Shown here: positions 1 to 13,829 of the stretch, one piece after another
Numbering within the stretch: position 1 is the stretch's first letter
Layout of the letters: each line of letters begins with the position of its first letter
From: Amoeboaphelidium protococcarum X5
Taxonomy: Eukaryota > Fungi > Aphelidiomycota
DNA: 64,000 nucleotides
Reading direction: 5' to 3'
Assembly: GCA_023515725.1 (NCBI GenBank)
Contig: JALDTO010000215.1
Location: forward strand, 211,053 to 275,052
Notes under the pieces: model-generated
Told to the model about the DNA's origin: nothing
Database searches by the model: none
The model's input: only the letters and a program-made list of their open reading frames with translations
Program-made: the position numbers and the translations under genes

Positions 1-68
1 AGGATACTATACTCAATAAATTTATTAGTTCTTGTCAATAAACACATTTCTGGTTGTCATCTCGATAG

Positions 69-1589
69 TCATTACTATCCAAAGCGACGGTTGAATATCG
101 ACACATTACTTTGATATTAACCGTTCTATAACGCCAATGGATAGAGATGACTCTTCTTGGAAGCTTATTGCATTTTACTAGCAATCCAATGCGGAACATT
201 TAAAGTCGCACGTTCAAAAGCATTCTAGTTTACTGTGCCGCCAGCGATTACCATATTCTTATCAATAGCACGCACATTTGAAGTCTTACCACTTTCTAGA
301 TCTGATTTTGTAATTGGCAATGTATGAACTTGCACATTGGTGATACATACATCACGCGGCACTAACATAATATTAGTGTGAGGATCGTAATAACCAAACT
401 GGCTCTACTAAGGCTAAGGTTTGCGTGGGAAGTCAACAGGAGGCCTCTAACTGCTCAATCTCTACTTCTCACGACCACGTCCTCTACTTTTACGTCTCTA
501 AGCACCACCACCACCACTATCAGAATCTTCGCTATCATCTTCATCATCGTACAACAGAGACGACTCTTCATCCCCCATCTGGTCGTCGTCATCATCTTCA
601 TCATCGTCGTCGATATCAATGCTCTGCTCTGCATAATTCACTCTTCTTCTGCTACTTCCGCGCCCATAACCCTCTGCAATCTAATCTTATTCTACCAACG
701 TCATGCTTCCATCACCAGAGGCTGTGGCCACTTGGTCATCATTTAAATCCGAGATATCATCAGACTCTCTGGAAGATGAGCGACGTTTACGTTTAGCAAT
801 CTATGAGGTGATAGACTGTAAATGTTGTTATAATTAAGCGTCCTGCTGCGCACTAGCTCCACCATTAAGTCGCTACTCTCTATCCAATTTAAGCTTCTGA
901 TTATACGCAAAAGTAGACTTGGCAATCTGATAGATCCAATCCTGACCAGGTTGTTGAACAGGTGACGGATCCTTCAATAAGCCAGAGAGTTGACCAACAT
1001 TAGAATGGAATGATTTCAAATCTTCAATCTCAGTCTGATCCTGCGCAGTTCTATCTCCCTCTTTCAGAATCTTTCTAATCAACTTACCACCATACAATTT
1101 ATAAGCATTAACCGCTGAAGTGACGGCTACATTACGCTAACGCATGTTCGGGTGTATAATCTACATTTTGATCATATCATCACGTTCCTTCACACTCAGT
1201 ATAAGACGCTTAAAGTCTGGATTAGCACGCAAGAATCTATGAGAGTCTATCCCAAATACCAGACGGGCCATATCTAAAACCAGACAATACTTTCTATTAG
1301 CATCTCTGCGCCTCAGAATAAACGTTCTAATCCTAAACTCCTTCTTCTCCGGCTCCACAATATCTCCATTCTCATCCACTCTACCATCCCCACTAAATTC
1401 ATCATCCCAAATCTCTGCAGCCAATTTAGGAGTAATTTTGATTCTCTATAGAGCATCCTCTCCATCCCCATCATCGTCTGACATTTCCTCTTCCTCCTGC
1501 TTCTACTAAACCACTTCAACATCATCATCCCCAGGTTCCTCGCTTTTAAAGTACTTTCTTGGTCTTCCAGGTCTTCTCTTGACATTCAT
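69..1589 (-). CDS. Rsc7/Swp82 (Npl6)-family chromatin-remodelling complex subunit with N-terminal AT-hook (~506 aa, table 6)
   Basis: Single frame joins track ORFs 1161..1424 and 873..1097 when TAR=Gln. AT-hook RRPGRPRK, GRVDENG...EFRIRTF...DMARL...ERDDMI...YGGKLI core and C-terminal YDPHTN motif. Ends TAG TAA TGA. Confidence 0.75.
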
Positions 1590-2211
1590 TCTGCTCACTG
1601 TTTATTAAAATACAATATATGGATGAGATGTTGAGATTCGATTAAAGTCGCAAAAATAAACAACAGCGATTAGCTAAAAACTTGATGAATTGAAAGGAAA
1701 TAAAGAGCGGACGAGAGAGCGAGCGGACGAGAGAGAGAGAGGAGCTTCAATAAAAGTTACACTTAGCGCACGAGGCTTGGAGCTTCAGAGACACCACCGT
1801 ATGTTCTAGTTCTGAATAGATTATCTCAAAAAGAATTTTCCAAGCAAAAAATGCGCATAAAATTGGCTTACGCTGGCAGATCGAGTGTGAGTGCCTGCTC
1901 TATTCCCAAATGGATTTAATCGGATCATACAGTACTCAATTAAGAGATGTCCAACAACACGCGACAAATCGAGGAGATGTGAACAAGTCTTTCTCGTTAA
2001 CTCTGCCTTGTGTCTTGTCTTTTCAGTGAAGAATCCCATGAAGGCGCGTGCTTGACTGATTCATTCACTTAAAGGAACGTTCTAAGAGCAATCTCTCTTT
2101 CGCTCCCTTCCTCTCAACATTGTCTTGATCAGTTCTTCCCTTATCATCGCAGTAAATTAAGGAAACGCGAATTTAAACCATTGTAGGCAATCCACATCAA
2201 AAGTTATAATT

Positions 2212-2856
2212 ATGCTTTTTAAAAAGTTTAATCCAAAGGAGGATATTAGCAGTTAGACTAATATGAAAAACTCTCACGTTAAATAACTCCGGTAGAAATT
2301 GCAGTAGTAGTATGATCTGCGACCAGCTGAACTTGATCTCCTTGTACCTGCATCCAAGAAGAACACCGTGATTGTGTGTAAATGTAATATGCTCAATGTA
2401 AGTCTGTTACTAGTGCGCAGAGAGGATGATAGTAATGATGATGATACTACTGCGAAATCACTGTCCCTGGAAGAAGATGAATTCCTCTTCTGGAACTCTT
2501 TTGATGGAGATTGGATTCCGACGCTGCGATTGTTGCATAGATTCCCATGGATGCTCAAGTAGGTGCAGATTGACAAGGGCGCCATTAGACATATAGTTAA
2601 CGGAGCACCGATTATGTGTGTCGGGCTTACTAGTAAAGGTGGTCGACTACCCGGTGATGGCGACGGGGATGATGAGAAAAGCAACTGGCCAGTGGGAACT
2701 ATAGTAGCAGTGATGGCTGAGGGTAAATAACACGCGTGTGCTATCGGGCAGTTGAGCAAGTCGATTGAAGAGATACGGTCTGTCAATAAAGATACTGGTA
2801 TAGAGACTCTGCATCACATTGGCGATGAGTTATTTAACAATCCTGTCCTGAAATGA
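2212..2856 (+). CDS. TMA20: Translation machinery-associated protein Tma20 / MCT-1 (PUA domain)
   Basis: [12 protein letters not shown]..., [52 protein letters not shown]; in-frame TAR read as Gln. Confidence 0.92.
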
Positions 2857-2902
2857 TAATACCGCGGTACTAGTAAAGTTCATATTTTTTATAATTTTGA
2901 TA

Positions 2903-3868
2903 TCATTAGTCATTATCGCTGTATAGTGTGATGCCATTCTTGCTAAGGTAATCAATGCACTGTCTGATTATCTCTTCATTAGCAGCGGTAAAAGTCAACA
3001 TTACCTTATGGCTCTTTTAATCTTTATGCACATCATCATTACCGTGGAAAGACCATTGAGGATAGCTGCCAATCTACACCTAATTCTCAAATAGTCGCTG
3101 ACACTCTCGCAGTCTATCGGCAATATCTCCCTCCATCATGTCACATTTCATTCGAATATGATGCCTCCTGGTGGACGTGATGATCTATTTATCAATCAAA
3201 AACGGCAAACATCCATTCAGCATAGCCTCAAATAATGATGGTATACCAGGCAGAGTGAGCATGGTAAAGTTGGATTACAGACGCGTCATCACAACTGGAA
3301 CCCAGTAGAGTGGATTGATCTATTATTATTATCGCTGAGGAGTAGGCGTCAAGTATTAGTTAAAGTTTGACAAGTATTGTCCCTAATTCAATACGCTCTT
3401 GTCAGCTAACTCATTTCGCTGTAGATCGCCACTATGAGGATTGCACATATACCACGTCATACTCTTAGAGGGGAATAGAGCCATCCTTTTGCGACCTTCA
3501 TTCAGCGCACTGTTCTTCAATGCCATGTAGTGCGCCATCCTGTTCATTGTAGGCTTGTGATGTTCAAGTCTATCGCCAGTATATTTGGCCACAGACTCAT
3601 ACGTAATATCATCATGAGTAGGCCCACATCCGCCAGCCGTTATGATTAGATTCATCTATTAACTATCGCTGCCATTCAGAACAGTAAAATAATCAATAGC
3701 CTCTCTAATATCCTCATACGTATCGTGTACAGTCACAGATCTATCATGAAACAATCCATACTGAGTGCACAGTTTACTAACCACATGACTGTTGATATCC
3801 CTAGTCTTTCCCGTCAATATCTCAGTTCCAATAATAAGCGATCGGACTCTACACACTTACTGATTCAT
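2903..3868 (-). CDS. Molybdopterin-binding (MoCF/CinA N-terminal-like) domain protein, probable FAD diphosphatase (Fpy1-like)
   Basis: IIGTEILTGKTRDINS, AGGCGPTHDDITYESVA, RMALFP, LPGIPSLF, IGSYP motifs in one table-6 frame. Confidence 0.85.
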
Positions 3869-4157
3869 TTATATACTTAATACGACTTGAGCTTTTGGTA
3901 ATTGCTAGATACTTCAATGAATAACTATGCGCAATTTTATAGATGGTCACGCTGTATAAAGAATGGAGATACTGTAGCGGCGACGACGCGGTAAAGCTTT
4001 GTTAGTTTCCCCTCGGCGCGTGTTCTCTCTCTCTCTCTCAATTAACGCTAAATTGTTAGCCATCAGTTGATTGTTGGTTATCGAATACTGAGTCTATTAA
4101 TCGATTGAGTATTTTCTGCTACAGTATAGTGCAATAAAATACAAAGAGTAATAAAAT

Positions 4158-4628
4158 ATGGAGTAAGCGAATGAGGATTTGAGTCTACCGAAAGCTACTA
4201 TATCGAAGCTGATTGCGGATTACCTGCCTGATGGTGTTAAATGCTCGTAGGAGGCAAGGGATGTGATTTAGGACTGTCTTACCGAGTTCATACATCTGCT
4301 CACCACCCAGGCTAATGATGTGTGCAGTAAATCGACAAAGAAGGTCATTCTGCCACAGCACATCACCGAAGCTCTGGAATAGCTGGGATTCGGAAACTTT
4401 AATCAAGAGTTGGAGTCACTGCTGGATGAACACAAGAAGGAGGCGAAGGCTAAAGGTGAGCGGAGGAAGGGCGGCTCCATCGCTGGCATAGCTGATAAAA
4501 TGGGCGGTATGACGGAGGAGGAGCTGGCTGAAAAGCAGGCTGAGCTATTCCGATAGGCTCGGTAAAAGTTTGAATTGCGTCAATTGGAGTCTGAAGGTAA
4601 CGCGCCTGAAGATACGAAAGATCAATGA
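4158..4628 (+). CDS. NCB2: Negative cofactor 2 beta subunit (NC2beta/Dr1), histone fold
   Basis: EDLSLPKATISKLI...EARDVI(Q)DCLTEFIHLLTTQAN.VC....KKVILPQHITEALE(Q)LGF; MTEEELAEKQAELF. Confidence 0.93.
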
Positions 4629-4809
4629 GTGTTTGTCTTCTTGAGCATTTCTTGTATATATCTTATGAAGTCATTACATGTTATAAAATATTGTTCAAGT
4701 TTAGTAGTACAAAGTAAACAATTTTCTCTTTCAATCCAAAATTATCAACTTAATTACTTCCTGGTTCACAAAATATCATTTCATCACAAAGCAGGAGAGC
4801 ATTTTAAAC

Positions 4810-6404
4810 TCATCCCTTGTGCTCCACAATTTCAGTCTTGATTCCACCATTGACGATAGTGGTCTTCATCTACTCAGCCAGCGGCTTCTCGATGAAATCT
4901 TGACCCTCCTTAGGTGGTGGGATGGACACGTTCAACTCACTACTCTTGGCAGTGAAAATCTCGATATCCAAACACTCCTTGGACAAGAACAAGTTCAAAC
5001 CATCAGTCTTGTCAATCACTGCAGTAGGTGCACGGCCAAGAATCTGGGCCTACAAAGACTTGCAGTTGACAACATCGAACGAGGACACAACATTCTCCAC
5101 CACAACGGCAGTCTTCTTACAGCTGTCCACAGTCACAGCACCAATCTTGCCCTTGATCTGGATGGTACAGTTATTGCAGCCAAAGATGTAAGCACCTTGT
5201 CTCATCTCAGCATTCTCAATCACAATATCCTTCTTTCCATCATAGTTCTCCACAAACCACTTGTTACCTTCCAGGGCAAATTTGGCAGGACCACGCGCTG
5301 GAGCGGAATGGGAAGCACCGGCCTTGTTGGATGCTGCGGATGGGGCTACGAATGAGATTATATATAAAACTATTATATACATAAAAATACTGAAACTTAC
5401 CTGCAGCACTTTCCTCGGATTTCACAACACTTCCTGCACGCAAAGCTGGATTCTTGTGAGTCATCTAACTCTTTTCCACCTTCTTGAGACCGGAGGTGAT
5501 ATCTCCGCCCTTGTTCAGTTCTGCAAACAAGTTTCCACTTGGCTTGGTGGACGCAGCCTGCTAAGCAGCTGGAGTAGATGCTGCCGCCTGTTGAGACTGA
5601 GGCTGAGAAGTTGCAGTTGAAGGAGCAGCAGATGCACCAACAAATTGCTTAGCATCACCGCCATTAGCATTCCAAACCAGACCGGTCGTGTGATACTTCT
5701 TCACGAAAGCCTGCAAGTCAACCAGCACCTGACCGAAAGCCTTGGCAAAGTCAACGTGCACAGGCTCCTTGTCCTTGTAAGTGCTCAAGATACGGTTTGA
5801 GTAGAATGTAGAAGCATCCTTCATCTCACCAACAAACGGAGCAGGCTTTGGCTCAACAGCCACCCAACTCAGAGCCGGCACACCTTCACTCAGAGTGGAC
5901 AGATGGTTGAACAGAGGGGAGGTGCGGTTCTTCTCACGCAGCTCCTAAATCTTACCAATAAAGCCAGCGGTTGGAGCCAGCAGAGACTGGAAAGTCTAAG
6001 TATCCGGTTTCTTTGACTTAGAAGCAGCCACCAGCAATTGGCGTTAAGCCTCAAAAGCCTTTTAGAAACATGCAGTCTACACTCAAATAATAACGTTAAT
6101 ATCGACAATGGATACACAATTAAACAACACATCAGAAAACAAGAACAACTAGTAAACTTACCTGCTCAGCAACCAAGCCACCAATCTTGTTACCCAACTC
6201 CACCAACTGCTTAACTGGACCATTAACAATCTCATCGAAAGCCTCAATACTAGGCGATGAGGCACCAGAGTCAGCACCAGAACCTGATACAGCAGACTTT
6301 TAACCATTAGCTTATGGGGCAGACACTCCACCTCTAGCAGATAAATCCTCCAGACGAGTAGTAACAGTCTCCAAACGCTTCAACAATGCAGGCAAGTCAC
6401 TCAT
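4810..6404 (-). CDS. SRV2: Adenylyl cyclase-associated protein CAP/Srv2; introns 6077..6161 and 5346..5400
   Basis: LLKRLETVTTRLEDL, WVAVEPKPAPFVGEM, MTHKNPALR, GNKWFVENY, ends VEHKG*. Two GT-AG introns give an exact multiple of 3. Confidence 0.95.
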
Positions 6405-7034
6405 TTTACAATTCAAGTTGATATGTGATACAAATCAAGAAATAATTTAACAGCAGTTTTACCTGTTTTATGAATTGAGAGTAAAAGGAGAAAAAGAGCG
6501 CCGCCGTGTTTTCTCTCGTCGCAACAATTCATTCACGATGGAAACGAACTCAAGAACGGACCGGGCGATCCTGTATTGATGACTAGTAAGAGGGATAGCT
6601 TCATGTTGAAACAATTATCACGGAGTCCTCGCAGTGTAAGTACAGTAGTGGGAGATGCTTTTCTGTCTGAACTGAAAAAGTTGGCACGTTGAGATTCATG
6701 GTGATTGTTTCAGTAAATTCATGTGGTTATATGCTTTTAAGTGAATATTTAAAAAAGAGTAGTTCGTTGGTTCTGGCGTTGATGAATTTAAACCATATTC
6801 TTCGGGATTGGGCCACAGAATGCCGCCAATGCTATAAAGCGATTATGGTGAAGAGTTTCTAATTTCTGTCGTTGAATATTTACTGGCTGTGTTACACTTT
6901 TTGTTGGTACCCGGAAAGCCGCCATTCTGTCCTCGGACTTAACGTGTCGTACAGCGTAGTAATAAGACGATAGGTATGCTCATGTCAATGTCTAGCGGAT
7001 TGTCTGGATAAATATCGAAATATAATTGGAGTGA

Positions 7035-7880
7035 CAACATGATGCTAACGAACATATCATAAATGTACGATGTCACGCTTCATCAAATCCATCTGGGGTG
7101 GGGTGTACGTATGATGCTCTCTTCGGGAGATAGCCATATTTGATATCTATTGGCCCTGAGGCTCAACAGCGATATGGTATAGTTAAGAGCATTTTACAAA
7201 CTGCTCGTAATCGCCTCGATAGTGGGTTTATTCACCCAGATGAACTTGCTAAGGCTCCTTTGGACATGAACTTATTTATCGCTTGGTTTACGAAGATGAA
7301 GAAGTGTGCCTGCTAATGGTTGGTACAATTGGAAAGTTGTCAGACTAATTCGACAAGGACAAGAAAATCGTCGCCAAACGCGTGCATCTATCCAATGTCG
7401 ATGGTAATTATCCGTTAAAGATCGTGCCAGATTTTGCTCATGCTATTTCAGCTTTAAAACAAATTGCCTCACAATTTCCGCTTTAAATAGAATATGCGTT
7501 TGATCCGCTCTATAAGGTCAAAGCTGACGATTAAAGCGGATACATCCTATTTGACTTGAAAGCAGGTATGAAAAGCCCTTCGAAATTGGTAAATGAAGAA
7601 AATCAACAAATCGGCATGAATCAATTCGACTACATCTTTGGAATTGATGACCTAGTACTTGTCTCTTTCATGGTTTATCCGCATGGTGATAGTAGAAATG
7701 CTAGTGATAACAAGGGTTTTGCCAGTCTAATCAAAGAATTGAAATTAATCAAAAGAATCATGTCAACGAAGAGTTGTATGATCTAACAGCGTCGCTAAAA
7801 CACTTTAAACAGCCGGCAAGCGTCCCGGTCCATCTGAACCTGCGGTTAAGAAAGCGGATTTGGCAGCCTTTTTACAATGA
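7035..7880 (+). pseudogene. Degenerate, frameshifted ORF; C-terminal part resembles an OB-fold ssDNA-binding protein
   Basis: Protein-like reading in frame 0 (7035-7260) then frame 2 (7244-7837), with no clean ATG-to-TGA model. Motif FGIDDLVLVSFMVYP...NKGFASLIKELKLIKR. Confidence 0.35.
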
Positions 7881-8070
7881 ATTTATATTCGAGTAACATC
7901 TTCTCCCGTTCTGCTGCAATAATAATCTTAATTTTCCGTTTGAAGTATATTGTATATAGGAGGTGCAAGATCGCGTAATATTTTATTGTTCTTTCCTTCT
8001 TGTCTTAATCTCTCCCTAAAGGCAACTGATCAATTATTAATCACGTTCTATTACATACAATCACAGCTTA

Positions 8071-9810
8071 ATGAAAGCCATAAAATCATTAATCAAGTTG
8101 TTGCATGAGCCTGCATTGTTTGTTAATTAATTTGAAGATGTTCTTGATGATAAGGACATGCTGGTTGATTTGGTGGAGCACGTCTATGAACTTTTACACA
8201 CGCTGTCACAGATACCGCTGAGTGATGCTCTACTATCTCTATTTGACACTTGCATTGATCGAGTTATTGACTCTTTGCGGCAACAATCACGTCCACCTGT
8301 TTTGAATTTGGAACAGTTTAAGATTCTGCTGAATGATGGTAATCTGGAATAGTCGTTGCTTGTCGTGTACTTTATAATGCGTTTTGATTATAGAGCGTTT
8401 GTTGACAAGTTGTTGGGCTAGGAAACTATTGGTGGTAGCAGGGTAAAGTCTTCAGATGCTGGAAAGCTTTCGCGCGTCATACCATTTGGGTACAAGTTCT
8501 TGGCGCATGTAAAAGTGCCTTCTCTAACAGAAGTCCGATTACCCAACTGTCCGCTATTTAGTGGACGCTTTTCACTTTTGTGTGCATTTTATTTTCACCT
8601 TGATTGTCTCCACGCGTCAGTATCTGTGATAGATTAGAGTATCATTAGTAGTAGCAAGTCGTTAAACTAACATGATGATTAGGATCACGACACTAAAATG
8701 GGTAATGATGGAAATATATAGATGGACTGTTAGTAATTACTTGATATGCTCAAGCTGTCTGTTTAATCTGAAATGTATCTGAATTTAGATCTTATTGATT
8801 AATGGCTTAGATTGAAAAGATGTAGTCCCCTTCGATTTCTTGCTGATACATGGTCTGTATTATCATTGCGGGACTTTGATTATGAGTAGCTCTTGGATAA
8901 TTTTGATTAAATCTTTCCTCATTAGGCTATCATTTACAGAGATATCGGTATGTTTGAGATATTTGCCGCGATTCTGATGAATGCAGTTGAGAACCTACGA
9001 GTTCATTTGATTATGAGAATAGGCACGATGTTTGAACATTAAGATAACAGGTAACAAATTGATCGAGTCATTGATGCTGTATGTTAATCACTAGTGGGAA
9101 TCAGGGCGTCCTGTATCAGAACATTATTGCAAATTTTTAGTGAATTGAACCTGCGTTATAGTGCACACTTAAAGTGTCTTGGCCAGGTGATTGATGCTCT
9201 GATGGAGAACAATATTGCCGTGGTAATACGCGTATTGAACTAGAAATAACTTACAGAGACCGAGATATTATTGCTGGCAGTCTGTTGTCCCACTCTGGTA
9301 ACACTGGATTTAGAGTAACTTCTCACGTCTCCGCAAGTCTAGGTGCGATTAAATTCATTTCTCTTGGTCAGTTACTTGAGTAGAATTCACAATTTTGAAG
9401 CATTGATCAAGATAATATAAGATGTTCTGTTGGAAAAGATTACCAAAATGATCAATTACTTGGAGTTGAGGCCATACTAATACCGATAAAAGTTTTATGA
9501 AAACTCAGCGGTCCCTTAGAATTTATATTTTGTGGATGATCTTGGTATAATCGTCCTTGTTCTAAATGAATTGTGTCAATTCAAACCGGATCTTTTTGGT
9601 AATGTGGCGCTCACACTATTGCTATAAATCTAGAGGATTGTGAAGCCTTTGGAAGAGGGTGTTCTTGGTATTCTAGACAATGTTTAAAAGTCATAGTCAG
9701 TTCGGCATGCATTGCATACCCAAGTTCTGGCGGTTTCTAAACAATTAATCACGGGTCCTCTGGCATCATCCATCCAGTAGGCATCGTAATAATAAAATAG
9801 ATTGAATTGA
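8071..9810 (+). CDS. Hypothetical Leu-rich alpha-helical protein (~579 aa)
   Basis: Uninterrupted 1.74-kb frame under table 6; no family motif recognised; start codon uncertain. Confidence 0.7.
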
Positions 9811-9940
9811 ACTGAACCTATCACTCATGATCCGTGCAAAAAGAAATCACATAATATTATAGAATGTGTATATATATTATTATAAGACTGCATTGGACAT
9901 TCAATTTTAAACCAATGATCGCAATTAGATAGTCAAATGA

Positions 9941-12355
9941 TCATGAAGAAGAACCTGTTGCAAAATCATTCCCAGATTATCGTCTCTATCGCAAACTTTC
10001 AGCCTCTTATAAAAAGTTAGTAGTGGACGATGTGGAAGCACCTTCTGATGAGTAAGTAGGTTAATCGTCTTACTGCTATTGCGCAGATGTAGTAGCAGTG
10101 GTAGGATTATGAGGAGTTTGATTATCCCGACGTTAATCGTTCGTTTATTAGTTAACCAGATCAGGAGCAGGGACATTCATATTCTGCCTCACATTATCCC
10201 AAACTTGTTAATTCACATTATTACCAGCTGCTCCAGCCGGTTACTAACGGGCCCATAAGAGAACACCAGCCATTATGAACAGAATAAGCATCAACATGTA
10301 TTCAGACTCGTCATTACTAGGATCAAAGTATGATGTTATGTCTTCATACTCACCACCGGTATCTCTTCCGTCTACACCATTAGAATGAGCATGAGATTAA
10401 GCAGAATCGCCCGTACCCGCAGAATCACCACCATATTCAGCAGCAGAAGATTCAGTCTCGTGTCGTTCCAAGTCTTGCAGCAGATGATAATCTTTATGCA
10501 GAGGCTTCTGTGGTGTTTCCAAAGCAGGAGCATCCAGGAACAACGTGCCGCCATAGAACAGCCAATGTACCATATTCTTCACATTCAACTTGATCAATGA
10601 CAACATCACGGGCAGATACGCATCAGGATTAACTTTAAGGGCACGATCAAAGTATCTCTTGGCCAGGTGATAATCTTTCTCGACACCAAGACCATTTTCA
10701 TGCATATAGCCCAAATTGTAACTGGCTATAGCAGAGAGATCTTGTTCAGCTGCGCGATAAAAGGAGGCAGATGTTGCATAGTCAACATCCGTCCCCTTTC
10801 CGTAATAGAAATAATCACCAACACGTACTCTAGCATCAACGTAGCCTTGGTTGGACGCACGATGCCACATTTAAAGAGCCAAGCGGTCAGAGAATTAATC
10901 AGATAACAGCTTGACTTTACCGGAATCCAAGAGCCAGGCTAGATTTATTTGTGCAGCATCAATACCCAACTCTGCAGCAATCATATACTCCATTGCAGCT
11001 AGATGATATTCTTGATTCTAATAGTGTCTGTAAGCTTACTGGATATGAGTAATCTCATAATCTCCCTTCTCAACAACATGCTTAAAATGAGTGACTGCAA
11101 TATGGCAAGATGGTGTCAAACTTAGACCATTGCCATGCATTCGGCCCAACTAATAGATGGCCATTATATGTCCTTACTTGGCAGCAGCAGAAAAGTACTT
11201 GAACGCTGCACTATAGTCCCGACGCTTCTTATCCATCAGCATGAGTCCCAGATTAGTCTAAGCGTCAGAGTTCTCCTTCTCAGCGGCCTTGACAAAGAAT
11301 TGAAATGCTCGATCTGAATCTGCAGGTACAACGATGCCATTCTAATACATTAGACCGAGACAGTTATACGCTGCGGCATTATTTTAATTCGCCGCTCTCT
11401 TGAACCATTTCAGAGCAACATTATTATCCTACTTGACGCCTTCACCTCTGATATACATTTGGCCGAGTAGAGCAGCCGCCTGTGCACTAGATCTAACATC
11501 AACGTCTGGATCAACGATATGCTCTTCAGGAAGTTTAGAGGCAGCAGAGCGGAGATATCGCAGCGCAAACTCAAAATTCCTCTGTAAACTAGGCGTCCCG
11601 AAATAGTATAGAGATCCCAAAGTTAACTGAGAGTGAACATCTCCCTTTTCTGCGTTATAACGAAAGAATTAAATGATATCCTGAGCACTGACAGTCGATG
11701 CTCCTGAAGAGTGAGACGACACTTCCGTATTAGAAGCACGGGATCCTATTCCATATAAACCTCCATTCTCATCAGGAAGACGTACAGGCATTCTAGATTA
11801 TTTATTAATACCAAAGTAGGATTACTTGTACTTTTCAGCCACGACTTTAGCCGCGGATTTATAGTGCTTTAGAGACTAATCGCAGTCCTTCTTCACACCA
11901 ACGCCATGGAGATACCTATCTCCCAGAGCAATATTAGCATGTACATCATTCCCTAGAGAAGCCATAGTGTACATCAACAAGGCCTTCCCCTGATTCTAAT
12001 TGACAGCACCATCAAATCCAAATGAATAATACAGACCGGCGCGGAAATAACTTGAGCTATTGCCATGAACGATAGCAGTGTGGTTGTATAGCTAAAAGGA
12101 GTGACTTACGTTCTATCTCTATCCATAAAGACCGTAATGGTAAATATCTGCCAAAGTATTTAGAGCGTACTGACTCTCTTTATCACCAGCATTGCGCAAC
12201 TATTATAAAGCTTCATCCTTAATGTCTAGAGATGATCTGTGGTCACTCAATACAATCAACGCATCGTGCACTTTATGATTTAAATCCTCATTCTACTAAG
12301 CTTCTCCCAGTACCAGATATACATTAAATAAAAAAGCTAAAAGTAATTTGATCAT
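9941..12355 (-). CDS. HRD3: ERAD component Hrd3/SEL1L (signal peptide, Sel1 repeats, C-terminal TM)
   Basis: MIKLLLAFLFNVYLVLG signal; Sel1 repeats; DARVRVGDYFYYGKG...NLGYMHENGLGVEKDYHLAKRYFDRAL; TM MLMLILFIMAGVLLW. Confidence 0.92.
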
Positions 12356-12786
12356 TGTTCTGTATTTTGAAAGCTAAACAACAAGAAGTTACTAGTCTAG
12401 TCAAGTCGAGTCAGTGTACAATATCAGACAATTGTCAGTTAATTATGATGAAGCAAAGCCGTTTGAAGAAGAAGACGAAATTCAAACCGTTCAAAACTCG
12501 AAAAAGTTCGACGCGCTCAGTTTTTCGACTTGATGTGAAACCACAACCACCTTCACTTTGTATCAACTTTGCCATTTATACCCTTTGTCAGTAGAAGAGA
12601 AGTCCTTCAGAATGAAGTAAGACTAAGAGTATACAGTAGACTAAAATTTATCATTTTTGCATCAGACAAACGAACACAGACAGTATAATAGATGATATCT
12701 TCTTGTCAAAAGACCCGGAAACGAGCCAAATTAAAAGAGTGTCTCTCAAATCACAGTCATTAACAACGGTAGAATTTAACAACTCA

Positions 12787-13328
12787 TCATCTTAATTCAT
12801 TCCTCTTCAAATACTGTTCAGCGAGTTCAATCGATTTCATTTTGATCGGACCATCATCCAATTGTTCGAGTGCCTACGCGTAACTGAAGTTTAATGCATG
12901 TCCCAAATCATTGCGATTCTCCCTTAACTGTATAAAGTCATCGTTCAGAGCCAGCTTTTCAAACTAAAAATCTTGAAAAATGTCCAGAAACTTGGACTCG
13001 TCTGCAGTTAAAGGCTTCTTCTTATTCAGATAATCAACACGGGATTTGATTGCATTGAAGGTAGTTAAATACATATGTTGATTTTTATAGTATTCTGTAT
13101 CTTTGACTAGAGAGTATATAATTTAATTTTGATACTTGGAAATCAGTTCATAAGCAAGGATGACACCCTCTTACTTCAGTGATAGTTTCTTAAAGCTTTA
13201 CAAATCCACAACGTCAGCTTTTAAATTCTAAAGCCCCTCTTAAACTTCTTCAATCGATGTATATCCATTTCCTGAATAATTTGCTTCGACTGATCCTTCT
13301 TCAGTGCAGTAATGTTCTCAGTGGACAT
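12787..13328 (-). pseudogene. Coiled-coil protein with C-terminal RNxxxH motif; 5' end disrupted or unresolved
   Basis: Open frame 12787-13317 (…SIEEVQEGLQNLKADVVDL…LRENRNDLGHALNFSYAQALEQLDDG…*), bounded upstream by in-frame TGA. Confidence 0.45.
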
Positions 13329-13829
13329 TTCATTCAGAGATTTGCCTATGATTATTTAATCATATATTCATACAGACACTCAATGTGTACTGTACATTTG
13401 TTTGTTCACAATCACTCAAATGGAATCTCAAATATCAGCCCTTCTTTGAGCTTCTTTATCATCAATTCAAATGTAGGAACATGCTACATAGACCCTCTAT
13501 AACGATTCTCGGTTCAATCATTACTTTCAAACAGGAGACATTTGCAAAGGACGTGATAAGTTGTTCTATACTTTACTCTACACGGACGATTGTGACCTAT
13601 GGAGTTTAAGTCCAGTTCCCCATTAAACATTAGTACACTAAATCTACTAAGGACGAAGATAATGAGCCTTCTGTCTTCTCCAATCTGGTCATACAGATGT
13701 AGAACCTTCGCAGTAATCAGGATCTTTAAGTCACATCGTTCTCACCTTCATTAACGCAAAGATTTGCCTAAAGGGATAGAAACATAGTCATCCTAAGGTC
13801 GGCCCGCCTTGACAAGAGATATCACCCTC

